This document shows, piece after piece, positions 22,786 through 36,332 of a stretch of DNA of 64,000 nucleotides. A program made the position numbers and the translations under genes. Source of the stretch: Leucoraja ocellata (Eukaryota); NCBI GenBank assembly GCA_036785375.1, contig JAWMAR010000025.1, positions 2,418,001-2,482,000 of the forward strand. Direction: 5' to 3'. Numbering within the stretch: the stretch's first letter is position 1; the number at the start of each line of letters is the position of its first letter. The notes beneath the pieces are model-generated. The model saw only the letters and a list, made by a program, of their open reading frames with translations, was not told the origin of the DNA and did no database searches.

Positions 22786-25272
22786 CCTTGGAGTATTCAA
22801 CTCTCATTCATCAGGTCAGAGCCTGAAATAAAACTGGGCAGGATTTCAAAAGAAAGCTCAAGGCTTTTGTTAGGGAGCCAGCCAGGAGTGTGAGATTCAG
22901 TGTGAAATACTTGGATAGCTTCCAGTATTTTGATGGTAATGGCAGATGGGCAATAAATCGAAAGCACATGGAAAGCGTGTGAGACAAACCAATCCACTCA
23001 CATTGTTATTGTTTACAAATGTAAATGTTGGCAGTGTAATAAGCATTTTTAAGATGAGAGAGCAATCATGTTAGCGAGAGACTGAATCTCGCACACACTG
23101 CAGGTCAACAATGTGGGGTCGGGATGCGATAGCAATTTCTATTGGCCACGACTGGGAATTGTTTACTTTGGCTTTTTTTTGTGGAGTTATATAACATTGT
23201 GCTTCATGGCATGTGTGAAATCTTGTCAATAGTGGATTCCCTTGCTGCAATTTCCTGCTGGTGTCAGCATAAATATCCTGGGTGCTTTCTGTCTCCTCAA
23301 TTTCAATGTAGTACCATTAACATTACAAATTCTAGATGAGTAAAATCAACATTTGTATTTAATGCAAACTCAAATATTTAAATTTGTTGCTTATAATGAA
23401 AGCAGCTTTATATAATACTACAGGGCAGTAGTGTTTGTAGGATGACATTGCAGTATTAAACCTGGAATGCTGATGAGCTTGTGTGTGTGTATATCTGTGC
23501 CATGCAGCTGACTTAAGAGCAAACTGTTTAAATTTTAACTTATAATACATCATAACCTATGTATTGGTTCTATCTGTTAGCTTTTGCCTCGAGAATAAGC
23601 CAGATTTTTTAAGCATTCCGTACAGGACAAGGTTTTGCGGCTGCCATTTTCTCTTTAACCACCATTTTGTAAGATAGTTAAAAAGCAGACAGTCTAGTGT
23701 AAAACAGGCCAAGTTAATTTCAGAAGCCTAATATTTGATTGTTTGTGATTATTGTCTTTGCTTGTTTAATGGGGTCTGTGGGTGGGTGGGGAGTATTCAT
23801 GTGACTAGAAGTGAGTTTGTGCCCTGTGGTGAAAATGATGCAGCTTCCTTGCATCATTATTATATCCGATTTAAACTGCTGCTGAGATGCAGTTTGCCAG
23901 TTGAAGGCCTGCCTGGTATTTTCCCTCAGTTATAGCTTCATCTGAAACAACATTTATATATAATGATTTGAAGATGGTGTGATAGTTTTAGTGTAGAAAA
24001 CTTCCTCTGAGTTTATGATTTGAAGCTGAATAGTGAGCTGGTTAAGAGGTGGATTAATTGACCTTTGGGGAGAGTACAGGTGAAATGAGTTTGTGGTGCA
24101 GTAAAAAATCTGTATGTTAAGTGTATAGTCCAAATTATATTTAATGAAATGCTGTGAAATATTAGGGCTTTCACATTCTCAAACAAAAATGAAATTGTAA
24201 AAGACAATTAAGTTTGGTTACAACAATGCAAGGTCTTTGACAAATGGTAATTGCAGTATGACTTCTGTACACAGGAGGTTTAACTCTGGCCCTTGTCCTG
24301 TCCTGCTAATTATTCAATTGTTGTCAAATGCTTTGAAGACATTTTCAAAGACCAAGAAAAAAGTAGTTCCAGTAATTTAAATGTGATGTGATGATGTCAT
24401 TATGCCTGAGAGGATGGTAATCCCAGACCGACAAGCTGTGCCAGTCAGGGCTATACTTAAAACGTGGCAGGATTATTCATAACTACTCGTCCTCCTGTCA
24501 ACCCCACCCCAACTTTCACCACGTATTTTTAAGTGAAAGCTTAACTTCAATATTTCCCCAGAGGTGGGGTTTGAAGGTTTTGCAAAAAACATTACTTCCT
24601 CAAAGTTTGTGGGATGCTGAACATCTACCCTGCTGAGCAGTGATGTTTTAAACATACCATTCTTAAAGCTAACCCCTTCCTCGCTGAATTCCCACTACTT
24701 TCTCACCTATCCCCTTCACATCTTCACTCTTTTAAAAAAAATGTTTGTAGATTTTCTCATGCCTGTTTGAATGCTAACTGAAAACGTTTTGGATATTTGC
24801 AGAGCATCAGCATCTCCCCCAAAGTAATGCACTGATTTATTTTGGAATCAAATAAATATTTTGTGATTTCAGTCATTACAATTTGCACAATTTGGTGCTT
24901 GGTTTTGGTGTCATTGCTGTAAGGTTTTCAGTGTGTGAATATGGAACAATGCTTTCAGCTTCGAGGATTTTGGCAGCAGGACAAGCCGTGGATATTGGGG
25001 ATCAGCAGATTTTTTTTGCCAGTTAGGTCGCTGATTAGAAACGAGTTCAGGGAACAAAATATGGAACAAAGGAGTTGCAGTAAATATGTTAAATTCAGGT
25101 TATTGCTTGCAAACAATAAAGAAAACTAGTTTACATTTTGTGTAACAAATCCTATTATGCACATTCTGACTTCTAACAATTATTGCCATAGTAATATTCA
25201 AAGATTATAATTATTATTTGAGAAAAATCTGATATAAATGCAGGTGAACTGATTGTGCCCATGGGTTTTTAG

Positions 25273-25584
<312 letters not shown>

Positions 25585-25667
25585 TAATCCCAATTTTGCT
25601 ACCACCGCATGCTGTGCAAAACCTCATTCGTTTGGTTAGCAACCAATGCAAATTCTTTACCCGCTAG

Positions 25668-25757
25668 GTAACCAGATGCCACCCCGCCCTTCAAGTGGAC
25701 AATCTGATGGAATTCTTCACCCCACCATGAATCCATCTGCGATGGGGCAGGACCGAG
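25668..25757 (+). CDS. ARID1A: ARID1A exon 6 equivalent (90 nt)
   Basis: gctag|GT...CGAG|gtgagc; [30 protein letters not shown]. Confidence 0.95.
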
Positions 25758-26167
25758 GTGAGCAGAGTCGATTCATTCACTGAGAGTGAAAACCAATAAT
25801 AAATACACTTGGTAGAGCATGCCACAGGTATCATCTTGGATGCTGCAAGAAAATTGTGTACTAACAAATTTCAGGGCTGAAAGGATTTTCTTTTTCTGGC
25901 TAATTCTTTTTTTTACTTTTGTGGGATGGTACAGTTTTAGCTACCAGTTGCTCTCTGGTACCTGTTCGTTGTAAGAATTTCAATCATTGTTGCCTCAATG
26001 CTTGCTATACGGGAGTCTATTCATCTTATCGTGTCTTTGGCAGTTCTTTGGTGTAATCGAAAAACTTAATTCCACTGACTTCTTCCCTGCATGCTCAACT
26101 ATTTATTATTCCTTTCAAAAGTGCAAAAGTCCATGCCTAAACAAGTGAGATCAGTTAACTAACTATT

Positions 26168-26470
26168 TAAGAAGGAACTGCAGATGCTGGAAAATCGAAG
26201 GTACACAAAAATGCTGGAGAAACTTAGCGGGTGCAGCAGCATCTATGGAGCGAAGGAAAAAGGCAACGTTTCGGGCCGAAACCCTTCTTCAGACTGGTGG
26301 GGGGAGGCGGGGAAAAGAAAGGAAAAAGGAGGAGGAGCCGAGGGCCCTCCCCGCCTCCCCCCACCCCCCATCAGTCTGAAGAAGGGTTTCGTCCCGAAGC
26401 ATTGCCTATTTCCTTCGTTCCATAGATGCTGCTGCACCCGCTGAGTTTCTCCAGCATTTTTTGTGTACCT
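26168..26470. mobile_element. Young inverted pair of Penelope-derived termini with 17-bp flanking direct repeat
   Basis: ~110-bp near-perfect inverted arms (26197-~26310 / ~26350-26472); TCAGTTAACTAACTATT at 26151-26167 and 26471-26487. Confidence 0.92.
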
Positions 26471-26987
26471 TCAGTTAACTAACTATTGACCAGGCACTGA
26501 ACTAGCAATCTTTCTGATATGAGACTCGTTCACATTCTGAATAAACTCAGAACTTTGTGGGGTGTGAATGGGTGCATAGCATGTTAATTGTCAAACTAAT
26601 CTATAAATATGGGCTAACAGTCGGGAAATGTTCAAACCTATCACATTGGGCAATTTAATTTAATATATTATCTGGATTTATTTTTAACAGGCGTAGGTAG
26701 ATGAGATAGTGAAGAAGGCATTTGGTATGATTGCCTTCATAGGCCACGGCATTGGGGACAAGAGTTGGGATATTTTGCAGCTGGGCAAAGCTTTGGTCGG
26801 GCTACACTTGGAGTATTGTGTACATTTCTGGTTGTTACACTGCAGAACAGCAGTGGTAGCATTCTATGCAAGCAACAAATTTCACAGTGCCTTGTCACAT
26901 GTGACAAAGTATTCCATTCCATAACGTATTCCATTAGAAAGAATGGAGAAGAAATTCACAGGATGCTACCTAGAATGGAGCACTTTA

Positions 26988-27286
26988 GAGTGGCACGGTG
27001 GAGCAGCAGTAGAGTTTCTGCCTTACAGTGCCAGGGACCTGGGTTCAATTCTGACTACGGGTGTTTGTCTATACTGAATTTGTGCGTTCTCCCTATGACC
27101 GCGTAGGTTTTCTCCAGGTGGTCAGATTTCCTCCCACATTCCAAAGACATGCAGGTTTGTAGGTTAACAGGCTTCTGTAAATTGTCCCCAGTTTGTAGGA
27201 TAGAACTAATGTACAGGGATCGCTGGTTGGCATGGACTTGGTGGGCCAAAGGGCTTGTTTCCACACTGCATCTCTAAAACTAAAAA
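26988..27286 (+). mobile_element. tRNA-derived SINE (same family)
   Basis: TGGCACGGTGGAGCAGCAGT...GGGTTCAATTC...GGGCCAAAGGGCTTGTTTCC. Confidence 0.85.
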
Positions 27287-27622
27287 CCACCTAAACTGAC
27301 GATTTCCACTGTTTAGGGCAAAGGAGCAATGTTGGATTGTAGCTGCCTGCAGCTCCTCCCCCTAAGTTGTAAATTGTCATGACTTAGAAATGTATCACCA
27401 TTTCTTTATTATCAATGGATCCAATCACTGGAACTCCCTACCAAGTAATGCAGTGGCCATGCCTTTAGCTGTGTGGACCTCAGTGGTTCAAAATATTGAC
27501 ACTACTGCCTTGACAATAATTAGGAATGTTGGTAAGGTGCTCATAACTTTCACAGTGAGATGTGACTCTGCATTCACCTATATCCTGTTTTGATATAATT
27601 CTTCCTTTTCACTTCTTAACAG

Positions 27623-27790
27623 GCTATTTGCAGAGACCTCCCCAACTGCCTCAATACAACTCCCCACAAACAGGGTCAGCACTGTCCCCACGTCAGTCAT
27701 CTGGGAGCCAGATGCATGCTGCAATGAGCCCATATCAGCAGAATAACTCTGGAAATTATGGACCTCAAGGCGCTCAGTACGCACCTCAAG
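27623..27790 (+). CDS. ARID1A: ARID1A exon 7 equivalent (168 nt)
   Basis: aacag|GC...CAAG|gtgagc; [32 protein letters not shown]...[11 protein letters not shown]. Confidence 0.95.
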
Positions 27791-28652
27791 GTGAGCTTCA
27801 TGTTTTGTGCGACAAATATGAATGGTAGAGTTGAAACTTGTTGAAACATTGTGAATTAATGCAATTCTCTTTGGACTGTAAGATGAAAAGGTGCTTAATA
27901 GATGAGCTGCTTGTTTTCTCAGATATCAGCATGTTTGCTATAAAAACAAAGACTTGCAGCCTTCTAGAATTAGTGGTGAGCAACAGTTTTAAAGGAATTA
28001 ATAAAATCATAATTGATTTAAAAAGTATTGGAGAAATTAATGGGATGAAATGACAACAGATTTCCAGACATAAAATGCTGGGGTAACTTAACTACAGGCA
28101 GTATCTCTGGAGATGCTTTAGAGTTTAGAGATATAGTGTGGAAGAATTTGTTCGAATTTACAAGATGACGAATAGCTATTGGCAGCTCAGGTGCCAAAAA
28201 GTAGTCATTTAATTGACTAAGACTAATTCAGTTATCATGAGTTTCTGTTGCCCTAATACCAAACAGTTGAATCACATTTTGTCCTTTAAATCAGCATTGA
28301 AGGGTTGAATTGAAACTGGATAATTCAGATCGCAGAGTGTATGCTTTAAACTAGAAGGTCGCAAGTTCAAGTCTGTTCAGATGGTGTGTGATCTTTTTTT
28401 TTTTAATTAAGCGGTATGGGATCAGGACTTAAGTGGACTTAAATTAGAGAATCAGCTGTGATTGTATTAAATGTGCTGGATGACATTGGCTCAGTTTTAT
28501 TGGTAAAAGCAAAGCACAGATATAAGCTCATTGAGCTAAAACAATAACAATTTCTCTCTCTCTAGCTCATGCCTAATTAATTCCAACATATTCTATTATT
28601 TCTGATGAACAAGGGCACTTATTTTATTTTGTTCTACAATTCTTTTAAACAG

Positions 28653-28968
28653 GAGGCTACCCCAGACAACCCAACTATAACGCAATGTCCAGTGCAAACT
28701 ACAACTTAGGAGGCACCATGAATGCCATGTCTGCTGGCAACCAAATGCATGGTCAGGGTCCAGCACCACCTTATGCTGGAATGCCGCCTGGGAGAATAGG
28801 CCCTGTAGCGATGGGTAATCGTCCATATGGGGGCAACATGACCCAGAACACAGCAAATCTATCAGCACAAATGACCTCAGGGATGTGCCCGCCACCAACT
28901 ATGAACCGCAAGGCTCAGGACACAGCAGTTGCTGCAATGCACGCAGCAGCAAATTCGGTACAGAATAG
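28653..28968 (+). CDS. ARID1A: ARID1A exon 8 equivalent (316 nt)
   Basis: aacag|GA...AATAG|gtaagt; [17 protein letters not shown]...MGNRPYG...[23 protein letters not shown]. Confidence 0.95.
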
Positions 28969-30429
28969 GTAAGTGCATCATTGACCAAATGGCTGGAAGA
29001 ATAAAATTAAGCAACAGAAAACAGCATGAAATGAGAAGTTCAAGGGAATAAATATTTTGGGAAGGTTGAATTTTAGATGTCGCATTTTTATTTTTATTAA
29101 CATGTTATAATGAAATGTGCTGTTGTAATCTGGGCTCATTTCAAATATGGCTGAGAGCAGACTAATGGAACCTTAATTGGTTAAAGTTAACAATTGGGCT
29201 TAAATTGTTGGGGTGGGGACGTGAGTCTGCAGTGGAGATTCGTGAATTTGGATTTCTTGTGGTGTGCATGTAAATGTGTCCATCTCAGAAATTGATATCC
29301 AGGTAGACCTGTCTGTTGCATTGGAGTGGAAGGTATTACGGTTGTGAATTCAGGGCCTGTTTGCTCCCTGTCTTTTCCTATGAAGTCTAATTAGTCTCCA
29401 TTTCTGCAGTGAGGGTAATGAGGAGGTTTGGGACTGAAGTTGAACTGGGAATTGATTAGTGTGATTTCACAGAAATTAAATCTAACCAGTAAACAACTTC
29501 AAGCAGGCTGAGCATCCAATCACTGAGATTGTGGGTGTATCAAGCAGCAATACAACCTACTGGTTTTCCAGCCAAATATTGCTGTTCCTTGGTGCCGAGG
29601 AAATGGTAAGGTAGAAGGGGAAAACAGCCGTTGATGTTATCTTTCACCACAGATAAAAACACTGCTTTTATATAGTTGTTCCAGGCATCTATGGAACTAT
29701 TTCCAACGTCCCTGATTTTTTTTGGTTTTAACATTCTGTCATGTATTGTGAACACAAACTGACAATAAACGCAAACTTGAACTTGAACTTGAACAATTGC
29801 TATACAATCGATAAATAATGTTAGTGGTGATTTTACAAGCGTTTAGTTCTGTGTAACAAGGTTTCTCCCAGAACCTCTAAATCAGAGACTTTCAATTATA
29901 TCAGGTACTCAAAAAAATAATAATTGCATGGAACTAGTGACTACTCTCTGAAAACTAAATTGTGAGGGAGAGATGGAATAAAGACGAACAGCATCTTAAC
30001 AGGACTCAAATATATTAAACAGACAGCTAGAAAATAAAATGGTCAAAACATTATGGCTTAGAATTTGCTAATTAAGTTTATGACGTAAATCTCAACAGAT
30101 CAATAAGTTTAATTTGTTAATGATATATTTTGTTTTTCAATGCTTGGGTGATTATTGCAAGCGCAGCACGCATATCAATAGCAGCTCACTAAACTAATTG
30201 AGTAGAGTATTCCAGAACAAGGAGGCTTGCCCTTAAAAATAAATAATTAAATGAACAGATGAGGTGCGTTGAGCTGGGACAATTGGACTGAGTTTTACAG
30301 CACTTCCCATGAATAGGAGAATTCTACAAGGTCAAGGTCACCACCTCTATAATTAGTATCGGTGGAAAAAAATAATCAAAATTGTTAGATTAAGTTTTGC
30401 TCATTAGGTCATTTAAATTATACCATTAG

Positions 30430-30782
30430 TCAGAGATACAGCATGGAAATGGGCCTTTCAGCCCAATGAGTCTATGCTAACCTTTGATAACCCATTTACA
30501 TGAATATTGCACTAATCCCTTTTTTGTGCCCACATTCTCATCAATTCCCCTCAGATTCTACCACAACTCTACATACTATGGACAATTTTCAGTGGCCAAA
30601 TAACTGCCAACCTGTATGCTTTAGCAATGCTGGAGGAATCTGGAGCACTTGGAAGCCAAACCAATGCAATCACAAGAAGAACATGTTAACTTCACACAGA
30701 CTGCTCTTGAGGTCAGGGTTGAATTCCAGTCTCTGGCGCTGATGGGGAGAGCGGCTCCTCCAGCTTCAGTGTTGTGCCACCC
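30430..30782 (-). mobile_element. tRNA-derived SINE, older copy
   Basis: Degenerate reverse complement of the same family. Confidence 0.65.
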
Positions 30783-31215
30783 AATGGTAAAAAGGCATTA
30801 AAAAACAAATCAGTTACAACCTGATTGTATGAGGAAAATTAGCTAAAGATGCTGAAACCTCATGTGCTTAAGATCTGATACTAAACTTTTGTTTTGGTTA
30901 AGAGCAGTGTCCTAGTTGTACCATCAGCTTTATGTGTTTGAATTATTGCAGGACACTGGCGAGGTACAGTGTCTTTGAACACTTGACCTTTGCTATATCC
31001 ACCAGTGATTTCTCAGGCCTGGATTGGCACCCAATTGCTTCCGTATTGGAATTGTGCCTTCACACATCACTACAAACAGATAAACATTTCTTCATCAATC
31101 ATTCCACACGTCATCATTTGTGTTCTTTGTAACAATATTTAAACTGTAATATGCCACATTTATGTATCAGCCAGAGATGTCGCATGACTCTATAATTTCC
31201 CCTCTTATCATTCAG

Positions 31216-31361
31216 GCAATCTACTTATCCAACTATGAATCAAGGAGGTATGATGGGTTCTGCCTCGCCTTACAATCAAGGCATGAACAGCATGGCAGGG
31301 ATGATGAATCCACAGGGTTCTCCATATTCCATGGCTGGAAACATGGCAAATAGTTCTGCAG
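31216..31361 (+). CDS. ARID1A: ARID1A exon 9 equivalent (146 nt)
   Basis: ttcag|G...GCAG|gtaatg; [48 protein letters not shown]. Confidence 0.95.
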
Positions 31362-33499
31362 GTAATGGCACAGACGTTATAACTCCAAAATATGTCTTCA
31401 GCATAGTGGCAACATGGTAATGTTTCTCATCTTGCTAGGTATATATGCCAGAAGATTTCTCAAGAGAAGCTTATTCACATTTTGTAAGCAATAATTTTAG
31501 TATAGCGCACGGTTCAGTTGAAACTTTCATCGGAGACTGTGGCTGGTCTCTTGGCCAACTGCAAAAGTGTCATTCAGTTGAACACACTGTTCAGAATCCT
31601 GTCTTAATATATATTCATCCGTCAGCAAATTGAGAATAGATTGTTTAGTCTTATTATATTGTCATCGAAAGATGTTATGTGTGCATATCGATTCCATGAT
31701 TCTTGTAATATGATGCACTATTTCAAAAGTACTCGTTTCAGACAAAGTTGCAAAATATCATATGCATTTTCATTAGCTTCTGATAAAACAAATGCAAAAA
31801 CGAATTATGTTGACTTTGCATTGATTAGTGATGAGGCTAGTATTGCCTATTGTCAGATTTGTGATTGTCCTCTTGAATACACATGGAATAAATCTGGCAG
31901 TTCAAACCTGGGAATCCATGAGGCAATGTGGATCATCACTGACAGCAGAAATGTTTGCTAGAATCATTAATTCTCATGGCATGATATATCCTTACTGTTT
32001 GATCAAATCAGAGGATCAATCCTGATTCAATTAGGAACACTTTTGAAACACAGAAGACGTTCCTGATGCAACACCAGGCATAAGAAGGAGGTGCCTGTGT
32101 GGTGAAATTGCAACACACGATGACATACATGCCAAAAAGCGAAATCAATATTCCACAGAATATTCAGCAATCTCACATCACTGCAGTGCTGTCGCATCTA
32201 GATGCACAACGTGATGGACAATTAAACTCCAAAAACATCCCTATCTTCAACAATGGCATGGCCCAGCATGAGATTGTGTGCCATGTTCAGTAGGATGTAC
32301 CAAATAAAAGGCGATAATAAGTGGGGAGAGATGTAGAAAAACATAAATTGGCCTAACATACAAAAGAGAAAAATAGACTAAAATTTAAAAAAGGGAAGAA
32401 GTTGACATGGGAGTCAATTAAAAGGCGTAACCAGAAAGTGTTAGGAAATGCTATTAACACACAGTGTGCATTCCCAAGAACAAGAGTGGAACTGGAATTG
32501 GTACTAAAAGAGGTCATTATTACATTTTTTTATAGGAAGCTGTGTCAAGTGGTGCTGTTGTTCCATGGATTTGGTGTAAACTCCAGCCTTTTCTGCTGGT
32601 GTGCCCAGCTCTACGGCGAACCACAGTGCTTTGAAACTGTTGTGAACCTCTTCTCTTCCTGTAGTTAGGCACTGCTTTGTCAGGAACCCACAATTTTCCC
32701 ATGGCTGGGTATGGTAGCTTGTGAGAACTGGGGTTGCACCCATCGATTTGAGCAGTGAGGTTGAGATATGAGACAGGATTGCATCCTGACTGAAAAGATG
32801 AGCACAGCTCATTGTTAGGGACTAACAGTGGCTGTTTAAATATAACAGAGCTCAAATTCCGATTTTGATGCATACTGTGATTGATGTTACAGTAAGCACG
32901 ATGAATGCGTTTTAAAATGAATTTTTGGTAAGTTAAATAAAATCGTGTAAATATTTTTCCTATTATTTCGATGAAAATATTGACACTTTTACCACTCCAA
33001 TTTATATACCAAGGCTAACCAAAAGTGGTCACCGATAAATGAATGAATCAGAAGTTATGCCGCTTTGGCTCCAGCCAGATGCTACCTACAGAAGTTGGAT
33101 GAACAGTCAATTCACATGTTTTTCATGTTTTATCATTGGACAATTTCCTGTTCATTCTTTCAGACATGAAAGGCCTACATGTTATAAAAAGGGCATTTCT
33201 TTAATATGGATGCAGCAATGTTGCTTAACATTCAGCATGGTGTTTGAGCATACAGTTGCCACAAATACTTCCTTCAGTTATTGTATTGTTTCTAATCACT
33301 AAATGCAAAAAGGCAAAAAAATAGCCTTGTGGTCTAGTTTATATTTTGTATTCATAATTCATAACTCATGGACTACGAAAACCGTGACGGAAACCGTGAT
33401 AAAAATATTTAAAACTTGGTAGAAGGGTGAAAGCCGTAGAGTCAATTAAGTCTGAATAATGAACCTTGTACTACTTCAGTATTTAACATCTTCACACAG

Positions 33500-33609
33500 G
33501 TATGGCTCCCAGTCCTGAGATGATGGCGCTTGGGGAAGGAAAATTACCACCAACACAGAAAGCCAACAATAAAGCAGATGGAACGGCAAAGTCTGATACT
33601 AAGTCGAAG
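33500..33609 (+). CDS. ARID1A: ARID1A exon 10 equivalent (110 nt)
   Basis: cacag|GT...AAG|gtaaga; [37 protein letters not shown]. Confidence 0.95.
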
Positions 33610-34627
33610 GTAAGAACACTCGTGTATTAGTTCCCTTACATTTATAATAATGCACTAGGGTTTTAATATTAAACTGTGGGGTGGACACAGTGCTTGCTGT
33701 TATGGGGAACCAGATGATAATGATTCAGTGTTTAACACTGAAAACAGCTGTCGTTTGTCTGGGACTTCAATCCACTTGACTGACCCTGAGCCACAATAAC
33801 CTTGTGTTTAATGTATTCCAGATAATTTGAGCTTACGAAATAAAGGATACCTATTGATTAGGATTTAGAATTTTGTACTAAGGACATCCGATGCCAGTAT
33901 CAATTGGCACTAGATCAAGTACAGCATTCTGAAGGAGAGTAAAATTTGCTTGGCTCCTTCCTAACACTTGGACTCAATTCAAACATCAGCCATTATAGTG
34001 GCATATTTTATCTAGCTTTATCGAGTAGGAGTTCCCGCTAATGTTGAGATGTTCAAGGAGCACCAGACACCGCCACCATATTCTTTCAACCTGAATCGCC
34101 CTTTCTAAAGATAGCATCATCTGATCAATGGGGAGTGAAGAGCATTAATATATTTGCACAATAGCAAGAATGGGCTGGTAGGTTTTTAGAAATAGAAACA
34201 CGAATGAAATGATATGTACTGAGATATTTATGATCTCATTGACCTCGGATTTCCTTTCAGATTCCAATGGCTATATGTGGGCCTTTCTCTTTTACACAAA
34301 TTATTTTGTAGCTTTGGTGAATGTATTTCTGTTTTACTCATCTTGGAGCTGTAGTTCATGTATTTACCTTGTATGTTGAACAATGAGGCAAAGATGTTTA
34401 TGAACTTTATTGAAACCTCTCATAATTTAATTCTGCACGAGATTTCACTTTCACCAGAGTTGGTTTGCTCATTGTGATCGTTTTCATGCAGTGTGGACTC
34501 CAATCTGCGTCTGGTTGTTGTTTCTGCCTGATTTGGTGAAAGTTCTGTATGGATTGTCTGCGAACTTCAAGCTACCTATTTTCTGGGGGTTGTAATGTTA
34601 GTTACAGATGAATCTGTCTCTTTACAG

Positions 34628-34837
34628 AAGACGAGCTCTTCCACGACCACTAATGAGAAAATTGCAAAATTGTACGAGTTGGGTGGGGAGCCAGAGCGAA
34701 AGATGTGGATTGATAGGTACTTTGCCTTTATGGAAGAGAAGGGCACGATGATGATGAATCTCCCTGCAGTTGGCAGGAAACCGCTGGACCTTTATCGACT
34801 CTATATGTCAGTCAAAGATATTGGGGGGCTTACGCAG
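34628..34837 (+). CDS. ARID1A: ARID1A exon 11 equivalent (210 nt), N-terminal half of ARID domain
   Basis: tacag|AAG...CAG|gtgagt; [39 protein letters not shown]...[26 protein letters not shown]. Confidence 0.98.
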
Positions 34838-36139
34838 GTGAGTTTGAAACGGCTTTTAACTTCAGCTGGGAGCCTGGTTGCAAAGTTCACTGATAATTTT
34901 AAACTTTTGTTCTATATTTCACCCTTTTTTTAAAAAGTGTATCCATCTTGGCCGTTTTTATTTTGCCAAACTTGTTTTCAACTCATTGGTCATCCTGAAA
35001 GCAATTCCTGCACAGCAACACTTGTTAGTTTAGAATATTTATTTGAATAATACCACTGCTTGTTTGAATAATCCCACCCTTATTTAGAGTGGGGGAAGGG
35101 TCTTGAGGGGGGGGGGGGGGGGGGGGGCTTAGATTAAAGTAACTGCAAGCCCCTGTTGTATGTCTGCTCATTCTAGCTCAATACTTTCAAAGTTAGTCAG
35201 GTGATATGAACGCAGTTCTGACAGAAGCACATTTCATCCCATGTTCAGAAATAGATTTATTTAGAATTCCAAGACCATCTCCTGTCATTTACTACCCCAT
35301 TAACAAAATCTAATTCATTTCAGTCGTTGATAGATGGGCACATAATTGGGACTGTGCAGACTTTCACCATAAACAGAGATAAAAGTTTTGATGCAACTGT
35401 ATTTCAGAAACCTTTTTTGCGGTTAAATTAAATTAAGAATTTACAGTCGATACTAGATCATTTGGTGTTTGTCATTAGGACGTGGTTAGAGTGGTGTACT
35501 GTAAAATCCAAATTTCTAGCACAATATACTCACAGTCAAAGTGAGAACAATGGATGACCAGCGAACTGCCCTCATGTTGGGTATGTCCAGGCAGGTTGAA
35601 AGAAGGTAGGATCTTATGGACAGTCTTGATTTAAGATATTTACCTGCCTATCCCAACCTAGACTTGTTTGCTTACAGTTCCCATTAGAATTCAGGAAGTT
35701 ATGTTCATGGGTAGCTGCAGTGTCCACACGAATTGTTCCATCTATAGTTAAAAGGAAAATCATGCATTATGTATAATATCTTTCATTAGGCCCTGACTCA
35801 AACTCACACCCAATGAATTGCATCTGAAATGGGGTCCCTGTTTTGTTGTAAGAACGCAAGGAGCTTCTACAAGCAGCAACGTGATTCTGCCATTTAGGGT
35901 AATCTTTTTTAGGGTTAGTTGAGAGATAATAGTTGGCCAGGGTGCTGTTTTCAGATGTGATCTTTTGCATTCACTGGAAAGTACGGGAATTGGTTCTCAT
36001 CTCATCCAAAAGAGCAAACTGCCCAGTACTGCACAAGTATTTGGTTTATTATTGTAATCTTTGTGGCATGCTATCCGGTCAGCTAAAAAAAATACATGAT
36101 AACATTCAAGCTGTCTACAGTGTCCAGATATATTGTATC

Positions 36140-36332
36140 TAGGGTATAAGGGTATAACGTTTAATAAAGTCCAATTAAAGATAATTCAAAGGTGTCCAAT
36201 GAGATAGCTCGGAGGTCAGGGTTGCTCTCTAGCTGGTGAGAGGATGGTTCAGTTGTCTGATAGTAGCTGGGAAGAAACTGTCCCTGAATCTGGCGGTATG
36301 CGTTTTCAAACTTCTGTACCCCTTGCCTGATG
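36140..36332 (-). mobile_element. LINE 3' fragment (probably Rex1/Babar); related copy at ~44990-45220
   Basis: Shared AAAGTCC.ATTAAAGATA...GGATGGTTCAGTTG.CTGATA..AGCTG block; minus frame RQGVQKFENAYRQIQGQFLPSYYQT. Confidence 0.6.

Noticed and set aside
26184-26444. Similar short ORFs recurring at several loci (MLEKLSGCSSIYGAKE...)
   Set aside because: Chance translations of the non-coding Penelope-derived terminus
26892-26907. 16-bp perfect palindrome TTGTCACATGTGACAA
   Set aside because: Variant of the LINE tail motif also seen at 60787; no independent support for function
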